A stretch of 46,802 nucleotides of DNA from an uncultured delta proteobacterium (GCA_963706575.1 CAVPNL010000017.1:1-46802), one strand, 5' to 3'. Shown: positions 1 to 9,827, numbered from the stretch's first letter. Numbers and translations: made by a program. Notes: generated by a model not told the origin, from the sequence alone.

Positions 1-1
1 C

Positions 2-661
2 TTTGGGGCCGCAATTGAAGAGCAGATCGAAGATCGATAAATTGGAAATAAAAGCGCCCCAAAGCTGAGGATAAACGCAGGCAGGCGGTTTGATGAGTTG
101 AACTTCAACACCTTCTCGTTGGAAGGGTCCGCGATCCAGATATTTTGTTGCGGCATGCTGTGCCAGATAGGCTGAGGCCCCCAGGCGCCGGCAGATGTCA
201 ACCAGCATCTGGTTGCCCGCGGTTTGGATTCCGAGTTCGGATAGCAATTTAATCTCGGTTTCAATTTTAAGCTGCCGGAATAAATAGCGGATGAACGCCA
301 GATTCAATTCGATCAGTTTTTCAAACCGTGTCCGATAGGTCGTTTCAATAAACGGCAGATGCTCGCCAAAAAACGGTGCTTTGGCATAGGCAGCTTTAAG
401 ACTTGCCAGGTGTTTTGAGGCCCAGCGAAACTCATGACAAATCCGGACTTCATGAATCCGCTGCAAACCCAATCCCTTTTTCCATACCGGAACGGTCAAC
501 CACAATGTTCCCTGATCGTTTTTAAAGCGATTGCGGCTGATCCAGGTTGTGCCCCGGGGAAACTGGACGTTATCGAGAATAACAAAAACATCTGATAAAT
601 GCGCTTTATAAAAGAAACCCGGAAATGGAGAGAAGTAAGGTTGGTTGGTGGATATAATCAT
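2..661 (-). CDS. WbqC family protein (3' end runs off the window; not in ORF track)
   Basis: Manual translation from ATG at 661 gives MIISTNQPYFSPFPGFFYKAHLSDVFVILDNVQFPRGTTWISRNR...YPQLWGAFISNLSIFDLLFNCGPK, matching WbqC N- and C-terminal motifs. Confidence 0.88.
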   Translation of the reverse strand, partial: MIISTNQPYFSPFPGFFYKAHLSDVFVILDNVQFPRGTTWISRNRFKNDQGTLWLTVPVWKKGLGLQRIHEVRICHEFRWASKHLASLKAAYAKAPFFGEHLPFIETTYRTRFEKLIELNLAFIRYLFRQLKIETEIKLLSELGIQTAGNQMLVDICRRLGASAYLAQHAATKYLDRGPFQREGVEVQLIKPPACVYPQLWGAFISNLSIFDLLFNCGPK

Positions 662-675
662 GGGAGCTATCTTAA

Positions 676-834
676 CAAGTGCACTAAAGTTAGAAGTGAT
701 CTAAAGTGACTAAAGTTAAGGAATTCTGTCCTTTATATAAAAGATGGAGCAACACGCGGCGCAAACGCCTGCGCTGCGCGAGCGACACCATAACCTTAGG
801 CACTTTAGCTCATTTTAGGCAATTTAGGCACTTT
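676..834. repeat. Family A palindromic element (CTAAAGTGA-like 9-mer arms), copy 1
   Basis: Arms of ctaaagtga / tttaggcac; reverse complement aligns with 44611-44745 and 38717-38888 including the core GACAGAATTCC. Confidence 0.9.
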
Positions 835-836
835 TT

Positions 837-1760
837 TTAAGATGCGTTAATCACATCCAGCATTTCACTGACGACCCGGTCGACGTCTTCATATGCAACC
901 TGACAGGTTCCGACCCGTTTATGCCCACCCCCGCCGTATTTGAGGGTTAAGACACCCACATCGATCGTAGATGTCGGCTTGATGATACTGTGCCCGACGG
1001 ATATCATCGCAAACGCTTTATTTTTGCCGTCCACAATTCGAATCGATATGTTCTGCTCGGGATACAAAACATACTCCAGAAAGCGGTTGCCCACCGGTAT
1101 GGCCTCACAATTGCGCAGGTCAATCACAAGTGCATGGCCCTCGGTTCTGGTCGACCGGATAATCAACTCTTCGTATTTTTTATTTTCTTCATGATACAGC
1201 TTCACCCGTTCCTGGAAATCGGATAAGCTTAAGATTTCTTCCACTTTTTTGGTGCGCAACAATTGCGGCAATTTTTTCATAAGCTCAAAATTGCTGATGC
1301 TAAAGCTGCGCTTATATCCCAGGCCGGTGCGCGGATCAGCAATAAATGCAAGCATGATCCAACCCTTTGGACGCAGAATATCTTCTTTGGTAAATTTAGC
1401 GGAATCGGCTTTACCGGCAATTTGAATCAGCTTTTTAAATTTTCTTAACTTATCGGCACAGGCTTTATCCTGTTTGTAGTAATCGTAAACGACCTGAGCC
1501 GCACTGGGAGCGTTTTTGCTAACGCCCTTAAATTTACCATCCAACTGCAAACGCTCATTCTCACTGGAATGATGATCAAACCATAACCCACAACCGTTGA
1601 CAAAGGGTACATTTGCCAGAATATCATTTGGGGTTACAGCAATTTTGTTATCTTGCATATCTTTGGGATGAACGTAAAGAATATCATCGATGAGCCCCAA
1701 CTCTTCCAGAATAGCCGTACACACCGAGCCGTCGAAATCCGATCGAGTAACTAATCTCAC
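837..1760 (-). CDS. DHH-family phosphoesterase (nanoRNase / exopolyphosphatase-like)
   Basis: RLVTRSDFDG, FDHH and GGGGH motifs; likely GTG start at 1760 after a CAGGAG RBS. Confidence 0.85.
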   Translation of the reverse strand: MRLVTRSDFDGSVCTAILEELGLIDDILYVHPKDMQDNKIAVTPNDILANVPFVNGCGLWFDHHSSENERLQLDGKFKGVSKNAPSAAQVVYDYYKQDKACADKLRKFKKLIQIAGKADSAKFTKEDILRPKGWIMLAFIADPRTGLGYKRSFSISNFELMKKLPQLLRTKKVEEILSLSDFQERVKLYHEENKKYEELIIRSTRTEGHALVIDLRNCEAIPVGNRFLEYVLYPEQNISIRIVDGKNKAFAMISVGHSIIKPTSTIDVGVLTLKYGGGGHKRVGTCQVAYEDVDRVVSEMLDVINAS

Positions 1761-1859
1761 ATTTATCTCCTGTTGCGCTCTTTGTAGTCGATTTGAATGT
1801 AAATTGATAATAAAAAATAGCGCCCACGGTGTCAAGCTGATGAAAAATGCATCACGGGG

Positions 1860-4800
1860 TTACCGCAACGCTATTTCCTGAAATGGCAGATCAAGTTTGT
1901 GCGCCAGGGTCTTGAGGTCTTCTTCCAGGGTAACCATTTTGCCGTCTGACGACGGCACGTTGATGTTTTTATCCCCCACAACAAAAATTTGGATTTTGGC
2001 AGGATCAAGCAGTTCTCCGGCAATGCGGTGAAGTTCTTCTTTAGTGGTGCGCATGTAGGCATCCTGAATTTTTTCGAGGGTATCAAGTGGTTCTTTGCGC
2101 ATATGGTAGCGACCGTAGACGTCCACCAGTTCTGATTTGGTATCCACGTTAAAAACAAAGCTGTTCAGCGCATCCAGCCGCTTTAATTCCAGCTCTCTTT
2201 CAGGAATTTCCTTGCGCAGGGCGTCCATAACTTTTATGGTTTCGATAATGGCCGCAGCGGTCTGATCTCCTTTGCACCCGATGTAGCCTAAAAGCTGGCC
2301 GGCTCGCCATTTATAGGTCTGAAAAAAGCCGGCGGAATAGACCAGCCCCAGATCATCCCGCAGGCGTTTATACATTAGAGAATCGTTGCCGCCGAATATG
2401 TTCATCAAAAGGCTCGTTTTCCAGTAATCGGGATGCGACCGTTTGTGGGCCGGCAGGCTGAGAATGATCTGGGATTGGACCTGACCGGGTTTGTTGACCA
2501 GTGCCAGGACCGGTGAGGTAATCTTCGGGTCCTTTAATTTGCGCCGGGGTGCTTTGGTTTCCGGAAAAGCCTGGAAGAACGTTTTCAATCCGGCAATTAT
2601 TTTATTTTTGTCGATATCGCCGGCGATGGCAACCGTCATGTTGCCGGGGACAAAATACGTTTTCAAAAAGTGCTTTAGATCCTCCCGGGTAATGGTGGGA
2701 ATCGTCTGCAAACCCATCAGTGGATCGCGGCCATAGGGGTGGTTATTAAAATGCCAGATTTTGCTTTCGCGCATGGCCACTGACTGTGCGTCACCGCCCT
2801 GTCTTTTGAGCGATACCAGTTCCTGGTTTTTAACAACCTGCAGCACCTCGGGATCAAACCCGGGCCGGGTTAAGACCGCCTGCAAAAGCGCTAAACCCTT
2901 CTCCCAGTCCGCTTTCATCACAGAAAGATGCACCGTGGTCTGCTCTTCATCCACCGAAACGCCAAGCTGGATGGCATTCTCATCGAGCACCAGGGCCAGT
3001 TCATTGGGTGATAATGTCTCTGTTCCCCCGCGCACGATGACGCTGTTGAGAATATCGGTTAAACCGGCCTTGGATCCATCCACATCCACGGAACCGGCCT
3101 TGATTAGAATCGTCAGGTCAATCAAGGGCAGCTCGCGATCCGGCAGGTAAAACACCTTGACCTTCTCAACGTCAAATATCTGTGGCGGTGGATATTTAAT
3201 TTTTTGAGGATCCCGCTGAAAGTGCAGAGGATGCTTCCAACCCTCATGGGTGGCATATTCAGATCTGTTTATCTGGTCACCCTTATGTTGGACATTTGCC
3301 GCCGCACCGCCGCTAACGGACCGAATTTCGGTGTATTTTTCAGGCGGTTTATCGGGTTGTCCGCCCGGAATAACATAAACGGTGGTTTGATTATCCGTTC
3401 GAATATATTTTTGGGCGGCTTCGCGGATATCTTCCGGGGTAACGGCATCGATGCGCTCCAGGTAATGCGTCATATAGCGCCAGCCGATCTGAACCTCAAG
3501 GGTTGCCAGGGTGCCTGCCAGGCTCTCATTGCTGCGCATTCTATCCAAAAAGTCGCGTTGATTCAGTTTTTTGATGCGCGCAAGTTCCCGGGATGATACC
3601 AGCTCGGTTTTAAATTTTTCAACTTCCCCGATGAGCAGAGTCTCGAGCTTTTCACAGGCCGCCAGATAGGCCTTGCGTTTCTCATCTTCACTGACCTGAC
3701 CCGCAGCCATTTTCAGATCTTGCGGCTCATTGGGTGACCCGCCGACGATGAGCATGCCGCCGTAACGGTTATCGGGATTGTAGGCCCAGGCTTCTACGCC
3801 CAGGCCTTTGTTGATGATATTGTGGGTCATGCGGGCACCGCGCCCATGACTGAGCACCATGATCATGGCATCCAGCGCGTAAAAATCCCGGGTCCCCATT
3901 TGGACGCTGTGATACCCGACTCGAACCAGGGGCGTGCGGGCCCCTTTTAAAAAACGAATACTTTTCCGAGGCCCCTGCTGGGGCGGCTCAATTGTAACCG
4001 ATTCAGGTGTTCGTCGGCCGGCAGGATAACGCGCGAAGTATGTTTCAGCCAGTTTTTTAGCCTCTTTTAAGCTAACATCTCCAACAAGGACGCAAACGGA
4101 GTTGGCCGGGTTATAATATTTTTGATGAAATCCGATCGCATCCCGGGTGCTGAATTTTTCCATATCGCTTTTCCATCCAATCGTGGGATTGCGATAGGGA
4201 TGCGCGCTATAAGCAGTGGCGCTCAAATCCAGCCAGGCAGCCCCGCCGGGGTCATTGATGTACCGAAATGCCCATTCCCGCTGAACCACTTCTTTTTCAA
4301 CGTAAAATTCACGCCAGGAAGGCTCAAACAACTGCTCACTGACGATGGAAAACCACTGTTCGAGCATGTCCGAGGGCACCGATGCCATATACTGAGTCTG
4401 ATCTTTGCTGGTAAACGCATTGACACCGACGGCCCCGTTTTTACCCAGCTGGGAGGAAAAAACCTGAGGTATGTAAATTTTTTGGACTTCCGCCCGCAGC
4501 TTTTCCATCTCGGCGCGTTTTGCCTTGATCAGTTCCAGGTCGGGGTTGCGCTTCTGTTGTTCATTGAGAATGGTTTGATAGGCGTCCTCGATTTGGTTCT
4601 GCAGCTGCTGGTCTTTGGCCACATCCAGGGTGCCAAAATTTTTGGTGCCTTTAAACATCATATGCTCCAGCAAATGCGCAATACCGGTTTTACCCGATTG
4701 CTCAAGGGCCGAGCCTGCACGAATCGCCAGCCGACAGGCCACCTGCGGCGTCGCCGGTCGCTCGACAACCAGAAACAGCATGCCGTTTTCAAGCTGGAAT

Positions 4801-4907
4801 TCTTTGACGTCAAGTTTAATATCAACCGGTGAGCTCGCTGCCAGGCAGATATTTACGATCAGTAACAGCAGTAACAAACCGAATTTAACACTTTTGACAA
4901 AACGCAT
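1860..4907 (-). CDS. M16 (pitrilysin/insulinase) family zinc peptidase, fused multi-domain, exported
   Basis: Inverted zincin motif HLLEH, NAFT, signal peptide after MRFVKS; GGAGGG RBS before ATG at 4907. Confidence 0.92.
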   Translation of the reverse strand: MRFVKSVKFGLLLLLLIVNICLAASSPVDIKLDVKEFQLENGMLFLVVERPATPQVACRLAIRAGSALEQSGKTGIAHLLEHMMFKGTKNFGTLDVAKDQQLQNQIEDAYQTILNEQQKRNPDLELIKAKRAEMEKLRAEVQKIYIPQVFSSQLGKNGAVGVNAFTSKDQTQYMASVPSDMLEQWFSIVSEQLFEPSWREFYVEKEVVQREWAFRYINDPGGAAWLDLSATAYSAHPYRNPTIGWKSDMEKFSTRDAIGFHQKYYNPANSVCVLVGDVSLKEAKKLAETYFARYPAGRRTPESVTIEPPQQGPRKSIRFLKGARTPLVRVGYHSVQMGTRDFYALDAMIMVLSHGRGARMTHNIINKGLGVEAWAYNPDNRYGGMLIVGGSPNEPQDLKMAAGQVSEDEKRKAYLAACEKLETLLIGEVEKFKTELVSSRELARIKKLNQRDFLDRMRSNESLAGTLATLEVQIGWRYMTHYLERIDAVTPEDIREAAQKYIRTDNQTTVYVIPGGQPDKPPEKYTEIRSVSGGAAANVQHKGDQINRSEYATHEGWKHPLHFQRDPQKIKYPPPQIFDVEKVKVFYLPDRELPLIDLTILIKAGSVDVDGSKAGLTDILNSVIVRGGTETLSPNELALVLDENAIQLGVSVDEEQTTVHLSVMKADWEKGLALLQAVLTRPGFDPEVLQVVKNQELVSLKRQGGDAQSVAMRESKIWHFNNHPYGRDPLMGLQTIPTITREDLKHFLKTYFVPGNMTVAIAGDIDKNKIIAGLKTFFQAFPETKAPRRKLKDPKITSPVLALVNKPGQVQSQIILSLPAHKRSHPDYWKTSLLMNIFGGNDSLMYKRLRDDLGLVYSAGFFQTYKWRAGQLLGYIGCKGDQTAAAIIETIKVMDALRKEIPERELELKRLDALNSFVFNVDTKSELVDVYGRYHMRKEPLDTLEKIQDAYMRTTKEELHRIAGELLDPAKIQIFVVGDKNINVPSSDGKMVTLEEDLKTLAHKLDLPFQEIALR

Positions 4908-5141
4908 ATTCAATCCCTCCGATGGGTAGCTGTAAAAGAAAAAGCTCGTACCTGAATTTTTAAATAACCAAATTCGCTTCGGATCAATAAGGAAAAACCA
5001 ATCTTGCACTTTGTAAAGGAGAATTACGTGCAAAATTCAGGTATTAAGTTCCAACGCAATTAGGGTAGTACCTAAAATCAGAATTTCAAGAATGGATCCA
5101 CTATAAGTTATAACAAATTTTCAGAAAAAACCAATATTCAG

Positions 5142-5180
5142 AAAAAAATCGGCCATGCTCCCCGTGTGGGGTGCATGGCC
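5142..5180 (-). terminator. Rho-independent terminator downstream of the XRE-cupin gene
   Basis: GGCCATGC-CCCC/GGGG-GCATGGCC hairpin followed by a U run on the minus strand. Confidence 0.65.
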
Positions 5181-5290
5181 ATGGTAAAGCGTACGCATTA
5201 AAATTTTATCGTTTTTGACTGTGAATTTTTAAGACAAGGATAATGAATTAGAATCGCCTTCAGAAAAACCTTTGAAGCCACCTCTCATCA

Positions 5291-5929
5291 TCAGGCATCG
5301 TACATCACCGCCAGTATAGTTGCTTTTCCATTTTTAGCCGCAATGTGATGGGCGGTTGTCGACAAATAATAAGCACTGTCTCCCGGCTCCAGTACAAACT
5401 TATCTTCCCCGATTTCTAATATGACTTCCCCGTCCAGTACGAAGATGAACTCTTCGCCTTCATGCAGCGAGATTTCCTTTTCGGGATCTTCCTCGAGCTG
5501 GACCAGAAAAGCCTCCATGTGACGCCCTTTCACATCCGGTGCCAGGCTTTTGTAAGTATAGATTTGCTTCTGACCTTTTTTGGATGTGGAACGCGAAATC
5601 GTGCGGCGCTCGTTTTTGCGGGTGATGGAATAAAGTTTTTCGCCGACCCCTGAAACCAGACGTCCGAAGGCACTGTCCAGCGCCTTTGATAGCTTGATCA
5701 TCGTGCCCAGTTGGGGCTGCAGTTCCTTACTTTCGATTTTAGATAAAAATTCGACATCGAATCCGGTCATCTTTGAAATCTCGTCTAATGAAAGATCCTT
5801 TTCTTCCCGGATCCTCAGGATACGATCCCCGACGTCATCCATGCTCTTTGGCGGCTCCAAGGGTATATCACCGGTCAAATCCTCAAAAAAGTCAAAATCA
5901 AAATGCGGTTTTTTTGTTTTTTCTTGCAT
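5291..5929 (-). CDS. XRE-family HTH transcriptional regulator with cupin domain
   Basis: IREEKDLSLDEISKMTG HTH; HEGEEFIFVLDG cupin motif. Confidence 0.92.
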   Translation of the reverse strand: MQEKTKKPHFDFDFFEDLTGDIPLEPPKSMDDVGDRILRIREEKDLSLDEISKMTGFDVEFLSKIESKELQPQLGTMIKLSKALDSAFGRLVSGVGEKLYSITRKNERRTISRSTSKKGQKQIYTYKSLAPDVKGRHMEAFLVQLEEDPEKEISLHEGEEFIFVLDGEVILEIGEDKFVLEPGDSAYYLSTTAHHIAAKNGKATILAVMYDA

Positions 5930-5981
5930 CTTATCTCCTTAAAAATATTTTTTTATCATTTCCGAATTAAGTAGTTTGCTG

Positions 5982-6123
5982 GACGCCATCTCAAAAATAG
6001 GATTTTGGTTCAAGATCGCGGCGGGACCGAGCTTTAAACCGGAGGCATACTGTTGTATGTTGAGGATTTAAAGCGAGGCACCAACAAAGATATGGGGCCA
6101 AAAGACATTTTTGAGATGGCGTC
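5982..6123. mobile_element. Family C MITE-like element
   Basis: Perfect 17-bp terminal inverted repeat GACGCCATCTCAAAAAT (5982-5998 / 6107-6123); internal stems GCTTTAAA/TTTAAAGC and CATAC/GTATG; no coding capacity. Confidence 0.75.
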
Positions 6124-7280
6124 TACATGCATTTTGCTCCCAGGTACCTGGCGATGACAAGCCGCTGGACTTCGGATGTTCCTTCGCCAATTTCAAGAAG
6201 CTTCTGATCTCTGTAAAACCGCTCGATATCATACTCTTTCATTAATCCGTATCCACCGTGAAGCTGGACGGCATGGTTGGCGGCTCGATACATCACTTCG
6301 GAGCAGTACAGCTTCGCCATGGCCGCCTCTTTGGCATACGGCAGGGCATTGTCGTTCAACCAGCAGGCTTTGTATAACAGCAGACGGGCGCATTCGATTT
6401 CCGTGGCCATATCAGCCAGCTTAAAGGCATTTACCTGGAAGGTCGCTATCGGCCGGCTGAATTGTTCGCGTTCCTGGCTGTATTTCAGTGCCATATCGAG
6501 GCAACCCTGGGCACCCCCAAGGCCCATGGCACCGATGGATAATCGGCCGCCGTCTAGTGTCTTCATCATCTGGTGGAATCCCTGCCCCCGGGGGCCTAAC
6601 AGGTTTTCTTTGGGAACGCGGCAGTCTTCAAAATAGAGCTCGCTGGTATTTGAAGCGCGCCACATGAGCTTGCCATGCATTTCTTTGGCGGTAAATCCGG
6701 GTGTGCCCGATTCCACGATAATGCACGACAGTTCAGGTTTGCCGTCATCTCTGACGCCGGTGCGGACTAAAACGGTCGATCCGGCGGTGATATCGGTGGC
6801 GGCATTGGTGATGAAGATCTTGCTACCGTTGATCACCCATTCATTACCGTCCAGGACTGCGTTGGTCTGCGTGTTGCCAGAGTCCGAACCCGCATTGGGC
6901 TCTGTCAGCCCGAACCCCCAGAGCGCCTCTCCGCTGCATAGCTTCGGCAGATATTTCTTTTTTTGTTCCTCATTACCGAAATAATAAAGCGGTCCAATGC
7001 CCAAGGAGTTCTCAGCAGCAACGGTGGCGGCATGTGATCCATCGACCCGGGCGATCTCTTCAACCGCAATGATATAAGAAAGGTAATCCATTTCCTGGCC
7101 ACCGTATTTATCGGAAACAAAAATCCCGAAAAGTCCCAGTTCAGCCATTTTCTGCATGGTTTCATAAGAGAATTCTTCTTTTTCATCCAGCTCCCTGGCA
7201 ACCGGTTTGATCTCCTTTTCAGCGAAACTGCGCACGGATTCACGTAAAATTTCATGGTCGGTCGAAAGGCTAAAATCCAT
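6123..7280 (-). CDS. Acyl-CoA dehydrogenase
   Basis: GLTEPNAGSD, NGSKIFITN, QLHGGYG and EIGEGTSE motifs. Confidence 0.95.
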   Translation of the reverse strand: MDFSLSTDHEILRESVRSFAEKEIKPVARELDEKEEFSYETMQKMAELGLFGIFVSDKYGGQEMDYLSYIIAVEEIARVDGSHAATVAAENSLGIGPLYYFGNEEQKKKYLPKLCSGEALWGFGLTEPNAGSDSGNTQTNAVLDGNEWVINGSKIFITNAATDITAGSTVLVRTGVRDDGKPELSCIIVESGTPGFTAKEMHGKLMWRASNTSELYFEDCRVPKENLLGPRGQGFHQMMKTLDGGRLSIGAMGLGGAQGCLDMALKYSQEREQFSRPIATFQVNAFKLADMATEIECARLLLYKACWLNDNALPYAKEAAMAKLYCSEVMYRAANHAVQLHGGYGLMKEYDIERFYRDQKLLEIGEGTSEVQRLVIARYLGAKCM

Positions 7281-7402
7281 TTTAAAACTTTACCCCCTGT
7301 TTTTCATTTTGTTTACGATCAATTAGGGTTATAGATTATGGTTGCAATCAATATTTTTTTTTAGAGCGGTGTTATGGCATAGGCTCCGTGAAGATGGCCC
7401 AT

Positions 7403-7431
7403 TTTATAAGTCCACGACCCTATATTGTCAA
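7403..7431 (-). promoter_or_regulatory. Sigma70-type promoter for the acyl-CoA dehydrogenase gene
   Basis: TTGACA-N17-TATAAA on the minus strand. Confidence 0.6.
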
Positions 7432-7457
7432 TCGTTAATACAAAGGCCCCAAAAGGA

Positions 7458-7655
7458 AGGTTTCAGATATCAGTCAACTGGCAGTCGTTACATCTGTTTA
7501 ATTGGTTTGATTGGTTTAATTCGTTCAATTGCTTCGGTTTATACCAACCAATCCAACCAATGAAACCAATAAAACAAATCAAACAAGTCCTTATACCCCT
7601 GAAACCTGAACCTTTGAACATTGAACCTTTGAACCCGGAATCCTGACAGACTGAA
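7458..7655 (+). repeat. Family B nested palindromic element, copy 1
   Basis: Inner arms of TTGGTTTAA/AACCAAT 9-mers, outer 7-mers (TTGAACC, CTGAAAC); near-identical core at 9606-9798 and inverted at 8475-8662. Confidence 0.92.
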
Positions 7656-7656
7656 T

Positions 7657-8493
7657 ATGCCCGAACTTCCAGAAGTACAGACAATTGTCGGCGACCTGAA
7701 AGCAGCCGGCGTTGAAGGTGCCGTCATAGCCGGTGCAAGGGTTTTCTGGACACGCACGATTGCAGAACCATCGGCCAGCGCATTTTGCAGGCGGATCAAA
7801 GAAAAAAAAATATCAGTAATCCGGCGTCGCGGAAAATTTATTGTTTTTGATTTCAAAAACGGAGACCACCTGCTCATGCATCTTCGCATGTCAGGCCGCC
7901 TGCACCTGATCTCTCAAGCGTCGCCCCGCAAAAAGCATGAACATGTTATTTTGAATTTTAAGGGCGGAAAACAGTTGCGATTTCATGATACCCGTAAATT
8001 TGGCCGAATCTATTTGACATCCGATGCGGATAAAATTTTAGGCCGGTTAGGCCCGGAACCGCTGGCAGTCGATTTTACCTGCAAAATGTTGGCTGGACGA
8101 TTAAATCTGCGCCGACGCCTGTTAAAACCGCTCCTGTTGGACCAGACCTTCATTGCCGGACTCGGCAATATATACGTCGACGAAGCCCTGTGGGAATCAA
8201 AGATTCACCCCTGCCGGATTGCAGCATCTCTAGCCGAGCCTGAGATCCGTGCCCTTCATCGGGCCATCCCCCGGGTGTTGAAGCGGGGATTGAAAAACCT
8301 GGGCACCTCACTGGGGACCGGCAAAGCCAACTTTTATTCCATCGCCAAACATCAAGGACGCAACCGCGATAAGTTGAAGGTATTTCGACGCACCGACCGG
8401 CCCTGTCCGCGATGCCAGACGAAAATTCAAAGAATCATCGTCGGTCAGCGCAGTACGCATATATGTCCAAAGTGTCAAGGTTCAAAGGTTTAG
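7657..8493 (+). CDS. mutM: Formamidopyrimidine-DNA glycosylase
   Basis: MPELPEV N-terminus, RRGK, HLRMSG, GLGNIYVDE, C-terminal CxxC..CxxC zinc finger. Confidence 0.97.
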   Translation: MPELPEVQTIVGDLKAAGVEGAVIAGARVFWTRTIAEPSASAFCRRIKEKKISVIRRRGKFIVFDFKNGDHLLMHLRMSGRLHLISQASPRKKHEHVILNFKGGKQLRFHDTRKFGRIYLTSDADKILGRLGPEPLAVDFTCKMLAGRLNLRRRLLKPLLLDQTFIAGLGNIYVDEALWESKIHPCRIAASLAEPEIRALHRAIPRVLKRGLKNLGTSLGTGKANFYSIAKHQGRNRDKLKVFRRTDRPCPRCQTKIQRIIVGQRSTHICPKCQGSKV

Positions 8494-8662
8494 GGTTCAG
8501 GGTTCAAGGGTTAAAGGACTTGTTAGATTGGTTTTATTTGTTTCATTGGTTGAATTGGTTGGTTTGAAACCGAACCAATCGAACGAATTAAACCAATCTA
8601 ACCAATTTAACAGATGTGACACCTGGCAGTTGACCGACACCGGAAACTTGACATCTGTAACC
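8475..8662 (-). repeat. Family B element, copy 2 (inverted)
   Basis: Reverse complement reads GTCACATCTGTTAAATTGGTTAGATTGGTTTAATTCGTTC..., matching copy 1. Confidence 0.92.
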
Positions 8663-8686
8663 ACAAGATAATTATGAGAAGAAACC

Positions 8687-9601
8687 ATGCCTACCGGAGC
8701 TTGCGGTATTAATTGCGATGTGTGTAAATTGAACCTGCTGGGTACATGCTCAAGTTGCGGATCGGGCAAAAGTCCGGAAGCCGAACAAAAACTGGCCGCA
8801 CAGCACAGGATATTCGGCAGTACCTGCGCCGTTCTGGCATGTGCTCAAATGAATCAAATTGAATACTGCCTGCGGGATTGCCGTCAATTTCCCTGCGATA
8901 ATTTTTCTCAGGGCCCTTACCCGTTTAGCGAAGGATACCTACAGATGCAACAGCGCCGCCGCAAACAAAATCCACCGGCATTTGCTCCCGATAAATCTCC
9001 GGTGGACGTATCACCGCACTTTTGGGATGACCTGCAAAAAAAGGATCTGAACATCCTCTGTAACCTGACCCTCTTCAGCATGGCCGCCCCTCATCAGCTG
9101 ATTTTTCATTTTTTAAATGAAGACCTGCTGGTGGACTTCGATGCGCGCTGTTTGAAGCGCAATGAGGGCCAGGGATGGGAACCCACAAAAGATCCACTTT
9201 TGGAACTGGTCACAGTGGTATATCTGAATCGCGTCAAAAAGCTCCATCCCGTTGGCAAAGAAATTGTGGGCGTCAAAGATCTCAAAGAGGCTCATTTTTT
9301 CCAGGGGCCGCATGCGCTGCAGGTCGATCCACTCATAAAGCGCTACGGTGGGGATTTGGCAGGTTTCAAAGATAGCGCCCAATTTTTTGAAGGCCGGCCC
9401 GTGGACCTGGCGGATGCGGCCTATCAGCTGTTCCCCTTTCCACGGATCCCGGTGTATTACCTGTTCTGGCAGGGTGATGATGAATTTGAACCCCGGATTT
9501 CGGTTTTGTTTGATCGGTCGATCGAAGAAGTGTTCTCAGCAGATGTCATCTGGGGGCTGGTCAACAGGGTTTCCACCGCCCTGTTGCAGGGACCAACGTA
9601 A
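8687..9601 (+). CDS. DUF3786 domain protein with N-terminal Cys-rich (DUF3795-like, putative Fe-S) domain
   Basis: CGINCDVC..CSSC..CAVLAC..CLRDCRQFPC; FPRIPVYYLFWQGDDEFEP..LFD is typical of DUF3786. Confidence 0.8.
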   Translation: MPTGACGINCDVCKLNLLGTCSSCGSGKSPEAEQKLAAQHRIFGSTCAVLACAQMNQIEYCLRDCRQFPCDNFSQGPYPFSEGYLQMQQRRRKQNPPAFAPDKSPVDVSPHFWDDLQKKDLNILCNLTLFSMAAPHQLIFHFLNEDLLVDFDARCLKRNEGQGWEPTKDPLLELVTVVYLNRVKKLHPVGKEIVGVKDLKEAHFFQGPHALQVDPLIKRYGGDLAGFKDSAQFFEGRPVDLADAAYQLFPFPRIPVYYLFWQGDDEFEPRISVLFDRSIEEVFSADVIWGLVNRVSTALLQGPT

Positions 9602-9605
9602 AAAA

Positions 9606-9798
9606 GTGTTCAGGTGTCAGGTGTCATTCTGCTGCAATGCGTTACATCTGTTTAATTGGTTTGATTGGTTTAATTGGTTCAATTGGTTCGGTTTAAGACA
9701 ACCAATTCAACCAATGAAACGAATAAAACTAATTTAACAAACCCTTGTACCCTGAATCTCTGAATCTTTGAACCCTGACACCTGACACCTGAAACCTG
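9606..9798 (+). repeat. Family B element, copy 3
   Basis: GTTACATCTGTTTAATTGGTTTGATTGGTTTAATT is identical to copy 1; CAGGTGT/ACACCTG outer arms. Confidence 0.92.
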
Positions 9799-9827
9799 CT
9801 CTTATGGTTTTACCACGTGAATCGCAA

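Noticed and set aside
4122..4832. Long antisense ORFs (4122-4832, 12447-13052, 31537-32190, 40386-41024)
   Set aside because: They are shadow frames opposite well-supported genes and have no recognisable motifs.
7342..7889. Short ORFs 7342-7563, 7425-7646, 7463-7684 and 7539-7889 (also 8497-8769 and 9348-9737)
   Set aside because: Their periodic peptides (LIGLIG, NWFDWF) are translations of the 9-mer repeats, whose period keeps frames open.
7458..9798. Family B (and family A) repeats as a CRISPR array
   Set aside because: The units are degenerate 7-9-mers without unique spacers of constant length, and there are no cas genes.
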